NCBI GenBank assembly: GCA_026393865.1
Contig: JAPKZI010000010.1
Location: forward strand, 1,078-65,077
Length of the DNA: 64,000 nucleotides
Origin: Candidatus Aminicenantes bacterium
GTDB taxonomy: Bacteria > Acidobacteriota > Aminicenantia > Aminicenantales > UBA4085
Reading direction: 5' to 3'
Of the stretch, positions 55,191 to 64,000 are shown piece after piece. A program made the position numbers and the translations under genes. The number at the start of each line of letters is the position of its first letter. Position 1 is the stretch's first letter. The notes beneath the pieces were generated by a model. It ran no database searches and was not told the origin of the DNA. It worked only from the letters and a program-made list of their open reading frames with translations.

Positions 55191-56469
55191 GGGGGTTCAG
55201 GAATTCGGAGACGAGACGCATGGCGCAAAATTCGCCGCACATGGAACACGCGTCGGATTTCGACCGCCGCTTTTTCCGGATGTCCTCGAATTTATGAGGG
55301 TCGATGACCAAGCCCTTCTGTTTGTCCCAGTCCAATCTCTTGCGGGCTTTTGAGAGCCGCAGGTCCCGGTCCAGCGCGCCCGGCACGCCTTTGACGATAT
55401 CGGCTGCGTGGCCGGCGATCCGGGAGGCGATCAGCCCCTCCCGGACGTCGTCCGCTGAGGGAAGGCCGAGGTGTTCGGCCGGTGTGACGTAGCAAAGAAA
55501 ATCGGCCCCGGCGGCCGCCGCGACGGCCCCCCCGATCGCCGCCACGATATGGTCGTAGCCGGCGCCGATGTCCGTGACCAGGGGGCCCAGAACATAAAAA
55601 GGGGCGCCGTGGCAGACGCGCTTCTGCAGCTGGACGTTCATCTCTACCTGGTCCAGAGGGACATGGCCTGGGCCTTCGACCATGACTTGGACGCCCTGTT
55701 TCCAGGCGCGTTGGACCAGCTCTCCGAGCGTGAGAAGTTCCTCGATCTGGGGTCTGTCGGTGGCGTCGAGGATCGAGCCGGGCCGGAGCCCATCACCGAG
55801 GCTCAGGGTGATGTCGTAGGCGCGGGCGAACTCCAGGAGGCGATCATAATGCTCGTAAAGCGGGTTCTCTTTCTGGTGATGGAGGATCCAGGCCGTGTGA
55901 AAAGCGCCGCCGCGCGAGACGATGTCGGCCACGCGGCCCTGGCCCTTTAATCGTTCGATGGCCCGGGCGGTCAGGCCGCAGTGCAAGGTCATGAAATCGA
56001 CCCCTTCGCGGGCTTGGGACTCGATCACGGCGAAAAGGTCGTCCACGGTCATGGCCAGGATGGAGCCCCGCTTTTCGATCGCTTCGATCGCCGCCTGATA
56101 GATCGGAACGGTTCCGAGCGGAAGAGGAGCCTTGCTGAGGATCGTTTTCCGGATCTTTTTCAGGTCGCCCCCCGTGCTCAGGTCCATGAGCGTGTCGGCC
56201 CCGTATTTTAAAGCGATCTCGACCTTTTCGAGTTCCGCCTCGAGGCTGGGAAAATCCTTGGAAGTGCCGAGATTGACGTTGACCTTTGTCCGCAGTCTTC
56301 GACCAATCCCGACCGGCCTGAGCCTGACATGGCGGGCGTTGAAGGGGATGACCACCTGGCCGTCGGCGACCAGCTTTATGAGGTCATCCGGAAGAAGACC
56401 TTCCTCCCGCGCCGTCCGTTTCAGCGCGGCCGTGAGCGTTCCCTTCCGGGCCGATTCAAGCTGAGTCAT
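55162..56469 (-). CDS. thiC: Phosphomethylpyrimidine synthase ThiC (short anaerobe-type)
   Basis: [13 protein letters not shown]...[17 protein letters not shown]...MDLSTGG. C-terminal [11 protein letters not shown] radical-SAM-like cluster motif. Confidence 0.9.
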   Translation of the reverse strand: MTQLESARKGTLTAALKRTAREEGLLPDDLIKLVADGQVVIPFNARHVRLRPVGIGRRLRTKVNVNLGTSKDFPSLEAELEKVEIALKYGADTLMDLSTGGDLKKIRKTILSKAPLPLGTVPIYQAAIEAIEKRGSILAMTVDDLFAVIESQAREGVDFMTLHCGLTARAIERLKGQGRVADIVSRGGAFHTAWILHHQKENPLYEHYDRLLEFARAYDITLSLGDGLRPGSILDATDRPQIEELLTLGELVQRAWKQGVQVMVEGPGHVPLDQVEMNVQLQKRVCHGAPFYVLGPLVTDIGAGYDHIVAAIGGAVAAAAGADFLCYVTPAEHLGLPSADDVREGLIASRIAGHAADIVKGVPGALDRDLRLSKARKRLDWDKQKGLVIDPHKFEDIRKKRRSKSDACSMCGEFCAMRLVSEFLNPHGEPDASRC

Positions 56470-56758
56470 TCTGGTTCAAAAAAAACAGTGTACATCTCTT
56501 AACCGGAATATTCAACTGGCCGCCGTCACCCGCTCGGAAAAATGACTTGAAAGACATGGATTTATACGTTTTTTGAGCCTCCCCTCTAAGGGTGAGAAAA
56601 ATCCGGCTAAAATCACCCTTTGATTCATCCATCCGGACGATTGCTACAGATATACTAATCACAGTATCATCGGAGCGAAATCGAGGAATTACAGAAAGTG
56701 ACAACATTTCTCCGGTTATATGACATTTATTGTCAAATCAAATAGAATAGTTTTTTAA

Positions 56759-57490
56759 ATGGAATCGAGCGGTTTCAGGTCCAACGGCGGTAGCTTGTTG
56801 AAAATAAAAGATTTTGAAAAAGAATACAGGGAGAAGGGCGCCTATCATCATCGCCTCGAGGGATTCGCCAAATGGTGGACTTTCGACAACTACCGGATCC
56901 TGGCTGCCTGGGTGGAAAACGAGGGCCGGACGCTGGACCTGGCCTGTGGGGACGGGATGATCTGGCGATTCCTCAAGACGTCCGCCATCATCGGCGTCGA
57001 TCATGCCCCGACCGGATTGGATCATTCCCGGCAATTCGCCGGGGTTCCTTTGGTCCAGGCGGATATGAAAGCTCTTCCCTTCAAGGCGGGAACGATCCGG
57101 AACACCGTCTGTTCGCTGTCTTTCCAATATCTTCCGGGGCCCGATTTCGAACGGTGTCTCCATGAACTCTCCAGGATCATGATCAAAGACGGCCGGCTCG
57201 CCTTTTCCTATCCGAATGCCCGGTCCGGCAGGGATGAAGCACTGTCCCATTCCGCCCTTCCCTATAAGGAGCTCCTGGCCGGGCTGAGGAAGTCGGGATT
57301 TCGCCCGGCGGCGGTCAGGGGCATTTCCCTGCGGATGCCGTCCCGGCTCGTCCGATGGAGCGTTCACCCCGTATTGAAACCGCTCGCCGGTCTTTATTAC
57401 CGGATATCGAAGATCGCCCGGTTCTTTCCGGGGAGGTCTTACCATTATGCGCTCTGTTGCCTGAACACCGGAGAGGGGATCAGGTCATGA
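56759..57490 (+). CDS. Class I SAM-dependent methyltransferase
   Basis: Motif I LDLACGDGMIWRF. ATGA overlap with the downstream aminotransferase gene. Confidence 0.6.
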   Translation: MESSGFRSNGGSLLKIKDFEKEYREKGAYHHRLEGFAKWWTFDNYRILAAWVENEGRTLDLACGDGMIWRFLKTSAIIGVDHAPTGLDHSRQFAGVPLVQADMKALPFKAGTIRNTVCSLSFQYLPGPDFERCLHELSRIMIKDGRLAFSYPNARSGRDEALSHSALPYKELLAGLRKSGFRPAAVRGISLRMPSRLVRWSVHPVLKPLAGLYYRISKIARFFPGRSYHYALCCLNTGEGIRS

Positions 57491-58641
57491 ACCGCAGCAT
57501 TCCTTTCGGCGCGCCGTGGATGGGAGAGGCCGAAGAAAAGGCCGTCGCCGCCGTCCTCCGGAGCGGCTGGCTGGCCCATGGACCGAAAGTCAAGGAGTTT
57601 GAACAGGCTTTCGCCGCCCATCTGGGCGTGAAACATGCCGTCAGCGTCTCGTCCTGCACGGCGGCTCTCCATCTGTCCCTGCTCGCGCTGGGGATCGGGC
57701 CGGGCGACGAAGTGATCGTCCCCGCCCAAACCCACGTGGCGACGGCCCACGCCGTCATGTATGTCGGGGCCAGGCCCGTCTTTGCCGATGTGGAGCCGGG
57801 AACGGGGACGATCAGCCCGGCGTCGATCCGCCGCGGCCTGACGCCGCGGACGAAGGCGATCATCGTCGTCCATTTCGCCGGGCTTCCCTGTGAGATGGAC
57901 GATATTTTGAAGATCGCCGAAAACCAGAACCTCGTCATCGTCGAAGACTGCGCCCACGCCGTGGGCACAAAATATCGGGGCCGACCGGCGGGAACGATGG
58001 GCGCCGCCGGCTGCTTTTCCTTCTATCCCGTCAAACACATCACCACCGGGGAAGGCGGGATGCTGACGACCGATGACGACCGGATCGCCGAACAGGCTAA
58101 TAAACAGCGGGCCTTCGGCATTGATGTCCCCGCTTTTTACCGCCAGAAGCCGGGCGTCTATGACACGCCGATCCTCGGTTTCAATTTCCGGATGACGGAC
58201 ATCGAAGCGGCCCTCGGGATCTGCCAGTTGGAAAAGGCCGACGGCCGGATCGAGGCGCGGATCGCCAACGCGGGGCTCCTGACGGACCGTTTGAAAGGCA
58301 TTGCCGGGCTCGAGCTGCCGGTCATCCCTTCCCATATGAGACACTCGTTCCTTTTTTACCAGCTGACGGTGACGGAGGGTTTTCTCCTGACCCGCGACGC
58401 CCTTCTGGCCGCGCTCAAACAAAGCGGCATCGGGGCCAGCATCTATTACGCGACCCCCGTCCATTTGATGACGCTTTACCGGCAGACGTTCGGTTATGGA
58501 GAAGGCTTGCTGCCGCAGGCCGAACGCGTCGCCGCCGAGACCATCGCTCTCCCCGTGAATCCGCGGCTGACCGCCGAGGACATGGGCTATATCGGTGATG
58601 TTATCCGGGCAGCCTCGCGGAATGAGGTCCCGGGTGCGTAA
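57487..58641 (+). CDS. DegT/DnrJ/EryC1/StrS-family sugar aminotransferase (PLP-dependent)
   Basis: MNRSIPFGAPWMGEAEEKAVAAVLRSGWLAHGPKVKEFEQAF. Conserved FSFYPVKHITTGEGG Lys region. Start trimmed from the track ORF. Confidence 0.85.
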   Translation: MNRSIPFGAPWMGEAEEKAVAAVLRSGWLAHGPKVKEFEQAFAAHLGVKHAVSVSSCTAALHLSLLALGIGPGDEVIVPAQTHVATAHAVMYVGARPVFADVEPGTGTISPASIRRGLTPRTKAIIVVHFAGLPCEMDDILKIAENQNLVIVEDCAHAVGTKYRGRPAGTMGAAGCFSFYPVKHITTGEGGMLTTDDDRIAEQANKQRAFGIDVPAFYRQKPGVYDTPILGFNFRMTDIEAALGICQLEKADGRIEARIANAGLLTDRLKGIAGLELPVIPSHMRHSFLFYQLTVTEGFLLTRDALLAALKQSGIGASIYYATPVHLMTLYRQTFGYGEGLLPQAERVAAETIALPVNPRLTAEDMGYIGDVIRAASRNEVPGA

Positions 58642-58653
58642 AGGAGACCGGCC

Positions 58654-59697
58654 ATGAGAACAAATCCATCCATTCTGATCACGGGAGGCTGCGGTTTCAT
58701 CGGCCATCATTTGGCCCTGGAGCTTCGCCGGCTCGGGAAGAACGTGACCGTTTTCGACGATTTCCGCTTCACGATGGGGAATCCCGCTTATCGGCATTTC
58801 ATCCAAGCCCGGCTGAAGAAACTGGCCGACGCCCGCATTCCGATCATCCGCGGCGATGCGACCGATTCCTTCGCCCTGGCCGACGCCGTCGAGAGCGTCC
58901 GTCCGGCCAAGCTCGTCCACCTGGCGGCCATCGTTTCGGCGGCTGTCTGCGATCTGGAGCCCGACCAGGGATTCGAGATCAACGTTCACGCGACCCAGAA
59001 GGTCTTGGAGATCCTCCGCCAGTCCAAGGGGATCGAGCAGCTCGTTTTTCCCTCTTCGAGCATGGTCTACGGCCATTTTCCCGCGGAATCCGTCACGGAG
59101 GAAACGCCGGCCAACCCCATCGGCATCTACGGAGCGGGCAAGCTGGCCTGTGAGCACATGATCAAGGCCTATCACAATATTTACGGCCTCCCGTATACGA
59201 TCATCAGGCCTTCGGCGCTTTACGGCCCGACCTGCATCAATCGCCGGGTCGGCCAGCTTTTCATCGAGGCGGCCCTGGAGGGACGAAAGCTGTCACTCGA
59301 GGGCGGCGGCGAAGACCGGCTGGATTTCACCTATATTGACGATCTCGTCCAAGGCCTGATCCTCATCCTGACCAACAAGAGGGCGCTCAATGAGACCTTC
59401 AACCTGACCTACGGCGAATCGCGCCCGCTTAAAGCTCTCGTCGGCCTGATCCAGAATCGTTTTGCCGAAGTCGAGGTCGAAACCAAGCCCTGGAACCACA
59501 CCGTGCCCCACCGCGGGACGCTGAATATCGACAAAGCGCGCCGGCTGCTCGGATACGCGCCGCAATATCCCCTGGAACGGGGATACCCTCTTTATATGGA
59601 TTGGTATGAAACCAGCGGATTCCGCGAACTGGTGTCCCTAAAAAAGCCCGCTTATGCGGACGACCTGGTCGACCCGAAATTCTCCCGCCAGCTTTAA
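58654..59697 (+). CDS. NAD-dependent nucleotide-sugar epimerase/dehydratase
   Basis: ILITGGCGFIGHHL Rossmann motif. YxxxK (YGAGKLACE). Confidence 0.85.
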   Translation: MRTNPSILITGGCGFIGHHLALELRRLGKNVTVFDDFRFTMGNPAYRHFIQARLKKLADARIPIIRGDATDSFALADAVESVRPAKLVHLAAIVSAAVCDLEPDQGFEINVHATQKVLEILRQSKGIEQLVFPSSSMVYGHFPAESVTEETPANPIGIYGAGKLACEHMIKAYHNIYGLPYTIIRPSALYGPTCINRRVGQLFIEAALEGRKLSLEGGGEDRLDFTYIDDLVQGLILILTNKRALNETFNLTYGESRPLKALVGLIQNRFAEVEVETKPWNHTVPHRGTLNIDKARRLLGYAPQYPLERGYPLYMDWYETSGFRELVSLKKPAYADDLVDPKFSRQL

Positions 59698-59708
59698 AAC
59701 GGCCGGAG

Positions 59709-61019
59709 ATGGAGTCCATCGGACATGAGCTTATGAATACTGACGGCAGGCCCCGGGTCGCCCTGAGGACGGCACTCGTCCTCGCCGGACTGCTTTGTTC
59801 GACGCTCGCGGCCCTGGCCCAAAGCCCTCCAAAGATCGAGGTCGTCTTCCGTTACGATGATTACTCGAGCCTCAGCTTCACCGGCTTCGAGACCCGCCTC
59901 ATCCGTGTTTTCGAAAAGACCCGGACGCCGCTGACCATCGGCGTCATTCCCTTTCCCGTATCGAAAGATTACCACGATACTTCACCTCAATCGGAGATCC
60001 CCTTGACCGAAGAGAAGGCGGCCATTTTAAGAGAAGCCATCGAGGCCGGGAGCGTGGAACCCGCCCTGCACGGCTATAACCATCAGTCCCGGCCAAGGCC
60101 GCTGTGGGGGCAATTCTCCGAGTTCAAGGGATTGGACTGGGACGAACAAATGCGGCGGATCCGGACAGGCCGAGAATTCCTGAAAAATATCTTGAACTCC
60201 GATATCAGGATCTTCATCCCTCCCTGGAACGTCGAGGACCAGACGACCCATGGGGTCCTGGAAAGCCTCGGGTTTCTCGGTGTTTCATCGGGATTCGACG
60301 GAGGCGGCGGGGCCGTGAACAACAAGACCTCCCTCAAGTTCCTGCCGGCGACGTCGGACCTGGCCCGGTTCTATGAATCCCTCAGGAGCGCGAGACGGGC
60401 AAGCTGTGCCATGTCGGTCATCGTCGTCATCCTCCATGACTATGACTTCGCCGAGGTGGATGCCACGCGGGCCGTCACGAACCTGGCCGCGTTTTCGGAG
60501 ATGCTGACGTCGTTCGCCAAACAGTCGGATCTCCGCGCGGCCGGCATGAGCGAGGTCATGAGCCGGCCTGAATACGGCGCCGCCCTTTTCGCCAAGAACA
60601 AGAAATACATGATCTCCGAGAATTTCATCTACCCGTGGCTGGCCGATCTCTTCAACCTGAACACGGGATTTTATTTGTGCGAGCCCTATCTTTCGACCGT
60701 TTATCCAAAATCCGTCAAGATCCTCTTCGTCTATGCCGTGATCGTCCTGCTCGCTTGTATCGGGATCGGATTCAAGGGCGGGCGCCTGGTCTTCGCGAAA
60801 TGGCCCTTGTCCGTTCTGGCCGTTTGGCTCATGACCTTGGCTGTCCTGGCCTTTCTCGTCTTTGACATCCAGAAGGACGCGGACATGTCGTACAAGGGCC
60901 TCACGGGGCTCCTCATGTTCTCCGGGTTCTTTTTGGGGGAGTTGTTCGCTTTCGCCTCCCTGTGGCTGCAGCGGCAGCGGAGGTTCAAACGGGGACCGTT
61001 GGAGGAGTGGATGTCGTGA
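59709..61019 (+). CDS. Polysaccharide-deacetylase-like protein with signal peptide and C-terminal membrane domain
   Basis: N-terminal signal. Catalytic-domain-like region (FRYDDYSS..., IFIPPWN). Three C-terminal TM helices. Confidence 0.5.
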   Translation: MESIGHELMNTDGRPRVALRTALVLAGLLCSTLAALAQSPPKIEVVFRYDDYSSLSFTGFETRLIRVFEKTRTPLTIGVIPFPVSKDYHDTSPQSEIPLTEEKAAILREAIEAGSVEPALHGYNHQSRPRPLWGQFSEFKGLDWDEQMRRIRTGREFLKNILNSDIRIFIPPWNVEDQTTHGVLESLGFLGVSSGFDGGGGAVNNKTSLKFLPATSDLARFYESLRSARRASCAMSVIVVILHDYDFAEVDATRAVTNLAAFSEMLTSFAKQSDLRAAGMSEVMSRPEYGAALFAKNKKYMISENFIYPWLADLFNLNTGFYLCEPYLSTVYPKSVKILFVYAVIVLLACIGIGFKGGRLVFAKWPLSVLAVWLMTLAVLAFLVFDIQKDADMSYKGLTGLLMFSGFFLGELFAFASLWLQRQRRFKRGPLEEWMS

Positions 61020-62545
61020 GCGGCGAGAAACCGGCCGAGCCGTTAGCCCAGCGCGTCATCAAGAGCGGATTCTGGGTCTTTGCCCTGAAATTCGTCCAGG
61101 AGATTCTCTACTTCGCCCGGCTCATCATCCTCGCCCGGCTGTTGGCGCCCCGGGATTTCGGCGTCATCGGCATCGCCATGCTGACCCTGGCCATCCTCGA
61201 CACCTTTTCCCAAACCGGGATCCAAGACGCCCTGATACAGAAAAAGGAGGATATCCGAGGCTATCTGGACGCGGCCTGGACCGGTCTCGTCCTGAGGGGT
61301 CTGGCCCTCTTCGCCCTGATGTTCTTCCTGGCCCCTGCGGCGGCCTCCTTTTTCAAGACTCCCGAGGCCTCGGCCCTCATCCGGGTCTTCGGGCTGTCGC
61401 AGCTGGTCATGGCCTTCGCCAACATCGGCGTCGTCGAGTTCGAGAAACACCTGAAATTTCACAAACAGTTCGTCTACCATATCGCCGGCAACATCACCAA
61501 CTTCGTTGTCGTCGTCGCCTTGGCCCTTCTTCTCCGCAGCGTCTGGGCCTTCGTCCTGGCCGATCTGGCCGGCCGGATCATCCAGGTCGGGGTGAGCTAC
61601 GCGATCCATCCCTACCGCCCCCGTTTCCGCTGGGACCTGCCCAAGATCAAGGAACTTTTCCGGTTCGGGCGGTGGGTGATGGGCTCGAGCGTTCTCATTT
61701 TTCTGGTGACTCAAGGAGACGATATCTTCGTCGGCAAGGTCCTCGGCGCGGCGATGCTCGGTTTTTACCAAATGGCTTTTAAGCTCTCCAACACCCCGAC
61801 GACCGAGATCTCGCACGTCATCGGCCAGGTCATGTTCCCGACGTATGCCAAGCTTCAGGACAATCCGTTGCGGTTGAAGGAAGCCTACCTCAAGGTCTTC
61901 CAGGTCATCACCTTCCTGTCGTTTGCTCTGACCGCCCTCATTCTTGTCCTCGGGCCCGATTTCACCCGCGTTTTCCTGGGGGAGAAGTGGCTGCCCATGG
62001 TCGCTTCGCTCCAGATCTTGGCTTTGGCCGGGCTGGTCCGGTCCGTCATCGGGACGACCGGACCGCTTTTTTACGGCGTGGGCCGGCCGGAGATCGAAGC
62101 CCGCTGGGAATTCGTCCGGCTGGTGGTCCTGGCCGCCTGCCTCATCCCCCTGACCTTGAAATGGCAGTTGGCCGGCGCTTCGCTCGCCGTGCTCCTCAGC
62201 CTCTTCGCGTCCTTGATCGGGTTCGCGGGGAACGCTTTGAAGATCATGTCCTGTTCAAGAACGGAATACGCCCGATACTTTTTACCGCCGATCCTCAGCG
62301 CCGCCGCGCTTTTCGCGACGGCTTGGGGGGTCTTGAATCTCTTTGGCCATGGTCTGGCCGGGATGAGCCTCGCCGGCCTGGCCGGGATGATCGTCTATGT
62401 CGGTCTGACCCTCGTCCTGGAACGCAAGCTCGAATACCGGATCCTGTCCTTCGTCAAGGACCGGGTCTGGCCGCTGGTGATACGGCAGAAAAATAAAATG
62501 ATGAAAACGGCCGCCCGATGCCAAGAGACAAAAATTTCGTACTGA
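61016..62545 (+). CDS. Wzx-like polysaccharide flippase (MOP superfamily)
   Basis: About 12 TM helices. PST-family N-terminus (IKSGFWVFALKFVQEILYFARLIILARLL). GTG start overlapping the upstream stop; the track's ATG at 60962 is the alternative. Confidence 0.7.
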   Translation: MSGEKPAEPLAQRVIKSGFWVFALKFVQEILYFARLIILARLLAPRDFGVIGIAMLTLAILDTFSQTGIQDALIQKKEDIRGYLDAAWTGLVLRGLALFALMFFLAPAAASFFKTPEASALIRVFGLSQLVMAFANIGVVEFEKHLKFHKQFVYHIAGNITNFVVVVALALLLRSVWAFVLADLAGRIIQVGVSYAIHPYRPRFRWDLPKIKELFRFGRWVMGSSVLIFLVTQGDDIFVGKVLGAAMLGFYQMAFKLSNTPTTEISHVIGQVMFPTYAKLQDNPLRLKEAYLKVFQVITFLSFALTALILVLGPDFTRVFLGEKWLPMVASLQILALAGLVRSVIGTTGPLFYGVGRPEIEARWEFVRLVVLAACLIPLTLKWQLAGASLAVLLSLFASLIGFAGNALKIMSCSRTEYARYFLPPILSAAALFATAWGVLNLFGHGLAGMSLAGLAGMIVYVGLTLVLERKLEYRILSFVKDRVWPLVIRQKNKMMKTAARCQETKISY

Positions 62546-64000
62546 TCGGCGACCGCCGGTTCGGATTCCATACCGGTTCGTCCTATCATATCGCCCGGCG
62601 CTTCGCCGGAAAGGACTACCGTGTCGCCTGGATCTCGTATTTCCTGTCGCCGTTCCATTTCTTCGGGACCCAGGACCGCAAGGAGTTCAAACAGCGGCTG
62701 CGCCTGTGGCGCCGGGGCGGGGCTCTGGTGTATGGCGGAAACGTCTGGTCGTATGTTCCCTTCTCGCTCCTGCCGATCGTGGACATCCCATTTCTGAATT
62801 CCAGATGGGTCATGGACCACAGCGACCGACTGACGTTTCCCCCCTTCCGGGCGACCCTGGAAAAGCAGGGTTTCCATGATGCCGAGGTCCTCTGGATCGA
62901 CAGCTCCCGCTACGCCTTTGCCCTGGACCGCATTCCCCACGGCAAAAGCATTTTCCGGCCGTCGGAAGACATGACGATGATCTCCAACGAGCCCCCGAGC
63001 TTCGTCAACAGGGAACGCGAGCTTTTAGAGAGGGCCGACGTCGTGATCGCCCACAGCCGGCTCATGATCGAGAATTATCGGAAACTGACGGGGCGAAAGA
63101 TCCACTTTTTCCCCAACGCGGTCGATTTCGAATTCTTCCGCTCCGCGCCGGCCGACCCGCCGGAGGATTACGCGCGCATTCCGTCGCCGCGCGTCGTCTG
63201 CCTCGGCGGCATGGCCAATCCGCTCCTGTTCGACCAAAACCTGATCGCCCACCTCGCCCGCCGCTTGCCCGGTGTCTCGTTTGTCCTTCTCGGCCGAGTC
63301 TATGCCGATGTCTCCCGGTTGAGGGGCGTGCCGAATATCTTTATTCTGGGTCAGCGCGAGTACAACAAGATCCCGGCCTATCTGAAGAACGCCGACGCCG
63401 GGATTGTGCCCTATAAGAAATCACCCCATTCCGAACGCATCGGCGGGGACATGTTGAAGCTCTTCGAGTACATGGCCTGCGGCCTGCCCGTTGTCAGCCT
63501 GAACTTCAAGGAGTTCCAGACGTTCGATAGCCCCGTCACCCTGGCCGCGGATTACGAAGAATTCGCCGGGCTTCTCGAGCGCGCTATAGGAGAATCGGAC
63601 CGCCGACGGTATGTCGAGTTCGCCCGGGCTAACTCCTGGGAGACGAGATTCGACGAGCTCTTGAAGCTCCTCGGAATGAAGGAGGGACGGCCGGCCTCCG
63701 GAACGTCCGGTCTCCGTCTCGAGACGCCGGCGGCCTCCTCCAGGCGGCCGAAGATCGCCGTCATCCATCCTCGCCTCCAGGTGGGCGGCGGATCGGAGTC
63801 CTGTGTCCTGTGGATGCTGGAAGCGCTGAAACGGCGCTACGAGGTGACCCTGATCACCTCGAACGCCGTTTGTTTCGACGATTACAACAGGTTCTATCAT
63901 ACCAACGTCGGGAACGATGAGGTCAAGGCGATCCGCGTCCCCCCTCCGATCCTGCTTCAATCCGGCCGGCGCTTCGCCGCCCTGTGGGGCTTCCGGCTCA
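62518..64000 (+). CDS. Two-domain glycosyltransferase (GT4-like), 3'-partial at the window edge; not in the supplied ORF track
   Basis: Open frame from the ATG at 62518 to the window end, translated by hand. GT1/GT4 C-terminal motif (GIVPYKKSPHSERIGGDMLKLFEYMACGLPVV). Second GT-B N-domain starts near PKIAVIHPRLQVGGGSE. Overlaps the flippase end by 28 nt. Confidence 0.65.
   Translation, partial: MPRDKNFVLIGDRRFGFHTGSSYHIARRFAGKDYRVAWISYFLSPFHFFGTQDRKEFKQRLRLWRRGGALVYGGNVWSYVPFSLLPIVDIPFLNSRWVMDHSDRLTFPPFRATLEKQGFHDAEVLWIDSSRYAFALDRIPHGKSIFRPSEDMTMISNEPPSFVNRERELLERADVVIAHSRLMIENYRKLTGRKIHFFPNAVDFEFFRSAPADPPEDYARIPSPRVVCLGGMANPLLFDQNLIAHLARRLPGVSFVLLGRVYADVSRLRGVPNIFILGQREYNKIPAYLKNADAGIVPYKKSPHSERIGGDMLKLFEYMACGLPVVSLNFKEFQTFDSPVTLAADYEEFAGLLERAIGESDRRRYVEFARANSWETRFDELLKLLGMKEGRPASGTSGLRLETPAASSRRPKIAVIHPRLQVGGGSESCVLWMLEALKRRYEVTLITSNAVCFDDYNRFYHTNVGNDEVKAIRVPPPILLQSGRRFAALWGFRL

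Noticed and set aside
56560-56700. Possible TPP riboswitch on the plus strand (GGGUGAGA...ACCCUUUGA)
   Set aside because: The motif order is wrong: UGAGA precedes rather than follows the P3 hairpin. The P4/P5 pyrimidine-sensing half is missing. It would regulate a methyltransferase, not thiC. Kept only as a note inside the thiC-leader finding.
57445-59175. 576-aa minus-strand ORF
   Set aside because: Antisense to the DegT aminotransferase and epimerase genes, both of which have strong family signatures.
1-64000. tRNA, rRNA and CRISPR arrays
   Set aside because: No GGTTCGAATCC-type T-arm motifs or cloverleaf candidates were found in intergenic regions. No evenly spaced short direct repeats. 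No rRNA-like conserved blocks.

Overview
High-GC (~62%) bacterial chromosomal window, about 64 kb, densely coded on both strands, with roughly 55 protein genes. The content points to an anaerobic peptide and amino-acid fermenter.

Main gene content:
- A 5'-truncated multiheme cytochrome c, followed by a histidine kinase whose periplasmic domain carries a CxxCH heme-c motif and a sigma-54-dependent response regulator.
- An Rrf2 regulator divergent from iorA-iorB and a fused ADP-forming acyl-CoA synthetase.
- A four-subunit 2-oxoacid:ferredoxin oxidoreductase operon (gamma, delta, alpha, beta), flavodoxin, a 2x[4Fe-4S] ferredoxin, and a fused transketolase.
- Many secreted peptidases: two tandem M42, two M14, an M28 fused to a beta-propeller and FN3 domain, and an M50.
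- An operon of ECF sigma factor, ZAS anti-sigma factor and two secreted HEAT-repeat proteins.
- An orphan HypF, QueH, FabH, a TlpA-like thiol-disulfide oxidoreductase, and ThiC.
- A polysaccharide biosynthesis cluster at the 3' end: methyltransferase, DegT aminotransferase, epimerase, deacetylase, Wzx-like flippase, and a partial two-domain glycosyltransferase.

Non-coding structure I found:
- A 680-nt gene-free, repeat-dense region after fabH. It contains a ~218-nt imperfect palindrome whose 31-nt GC hairpin core recurs exactly at 21124-21154.
- A ~129-nt dispersed repeat at two loci, ~84% identical.
- A perfect 29-bp inverted repeat centred between the divergent ECF sigma and FAD-oxidase genes.
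- An AT-rich FkbM methyltransferase cassette flanked by a ~73-nt direct repeat that duplicates the 3' end of the neighbouring gene, which looks like an insertion scar.
- A 7-bladed FG-GAP propeller gene with near-identical internal DNA repeats and an AT-rich promoter.

I found no rRNA, tRNA or CRISPR array, and no canonical TPP riboswitch upstream of thiC. Several long ORFs in the track are antisense artefacts of high GC content and are listed under noticed_but_rejected.
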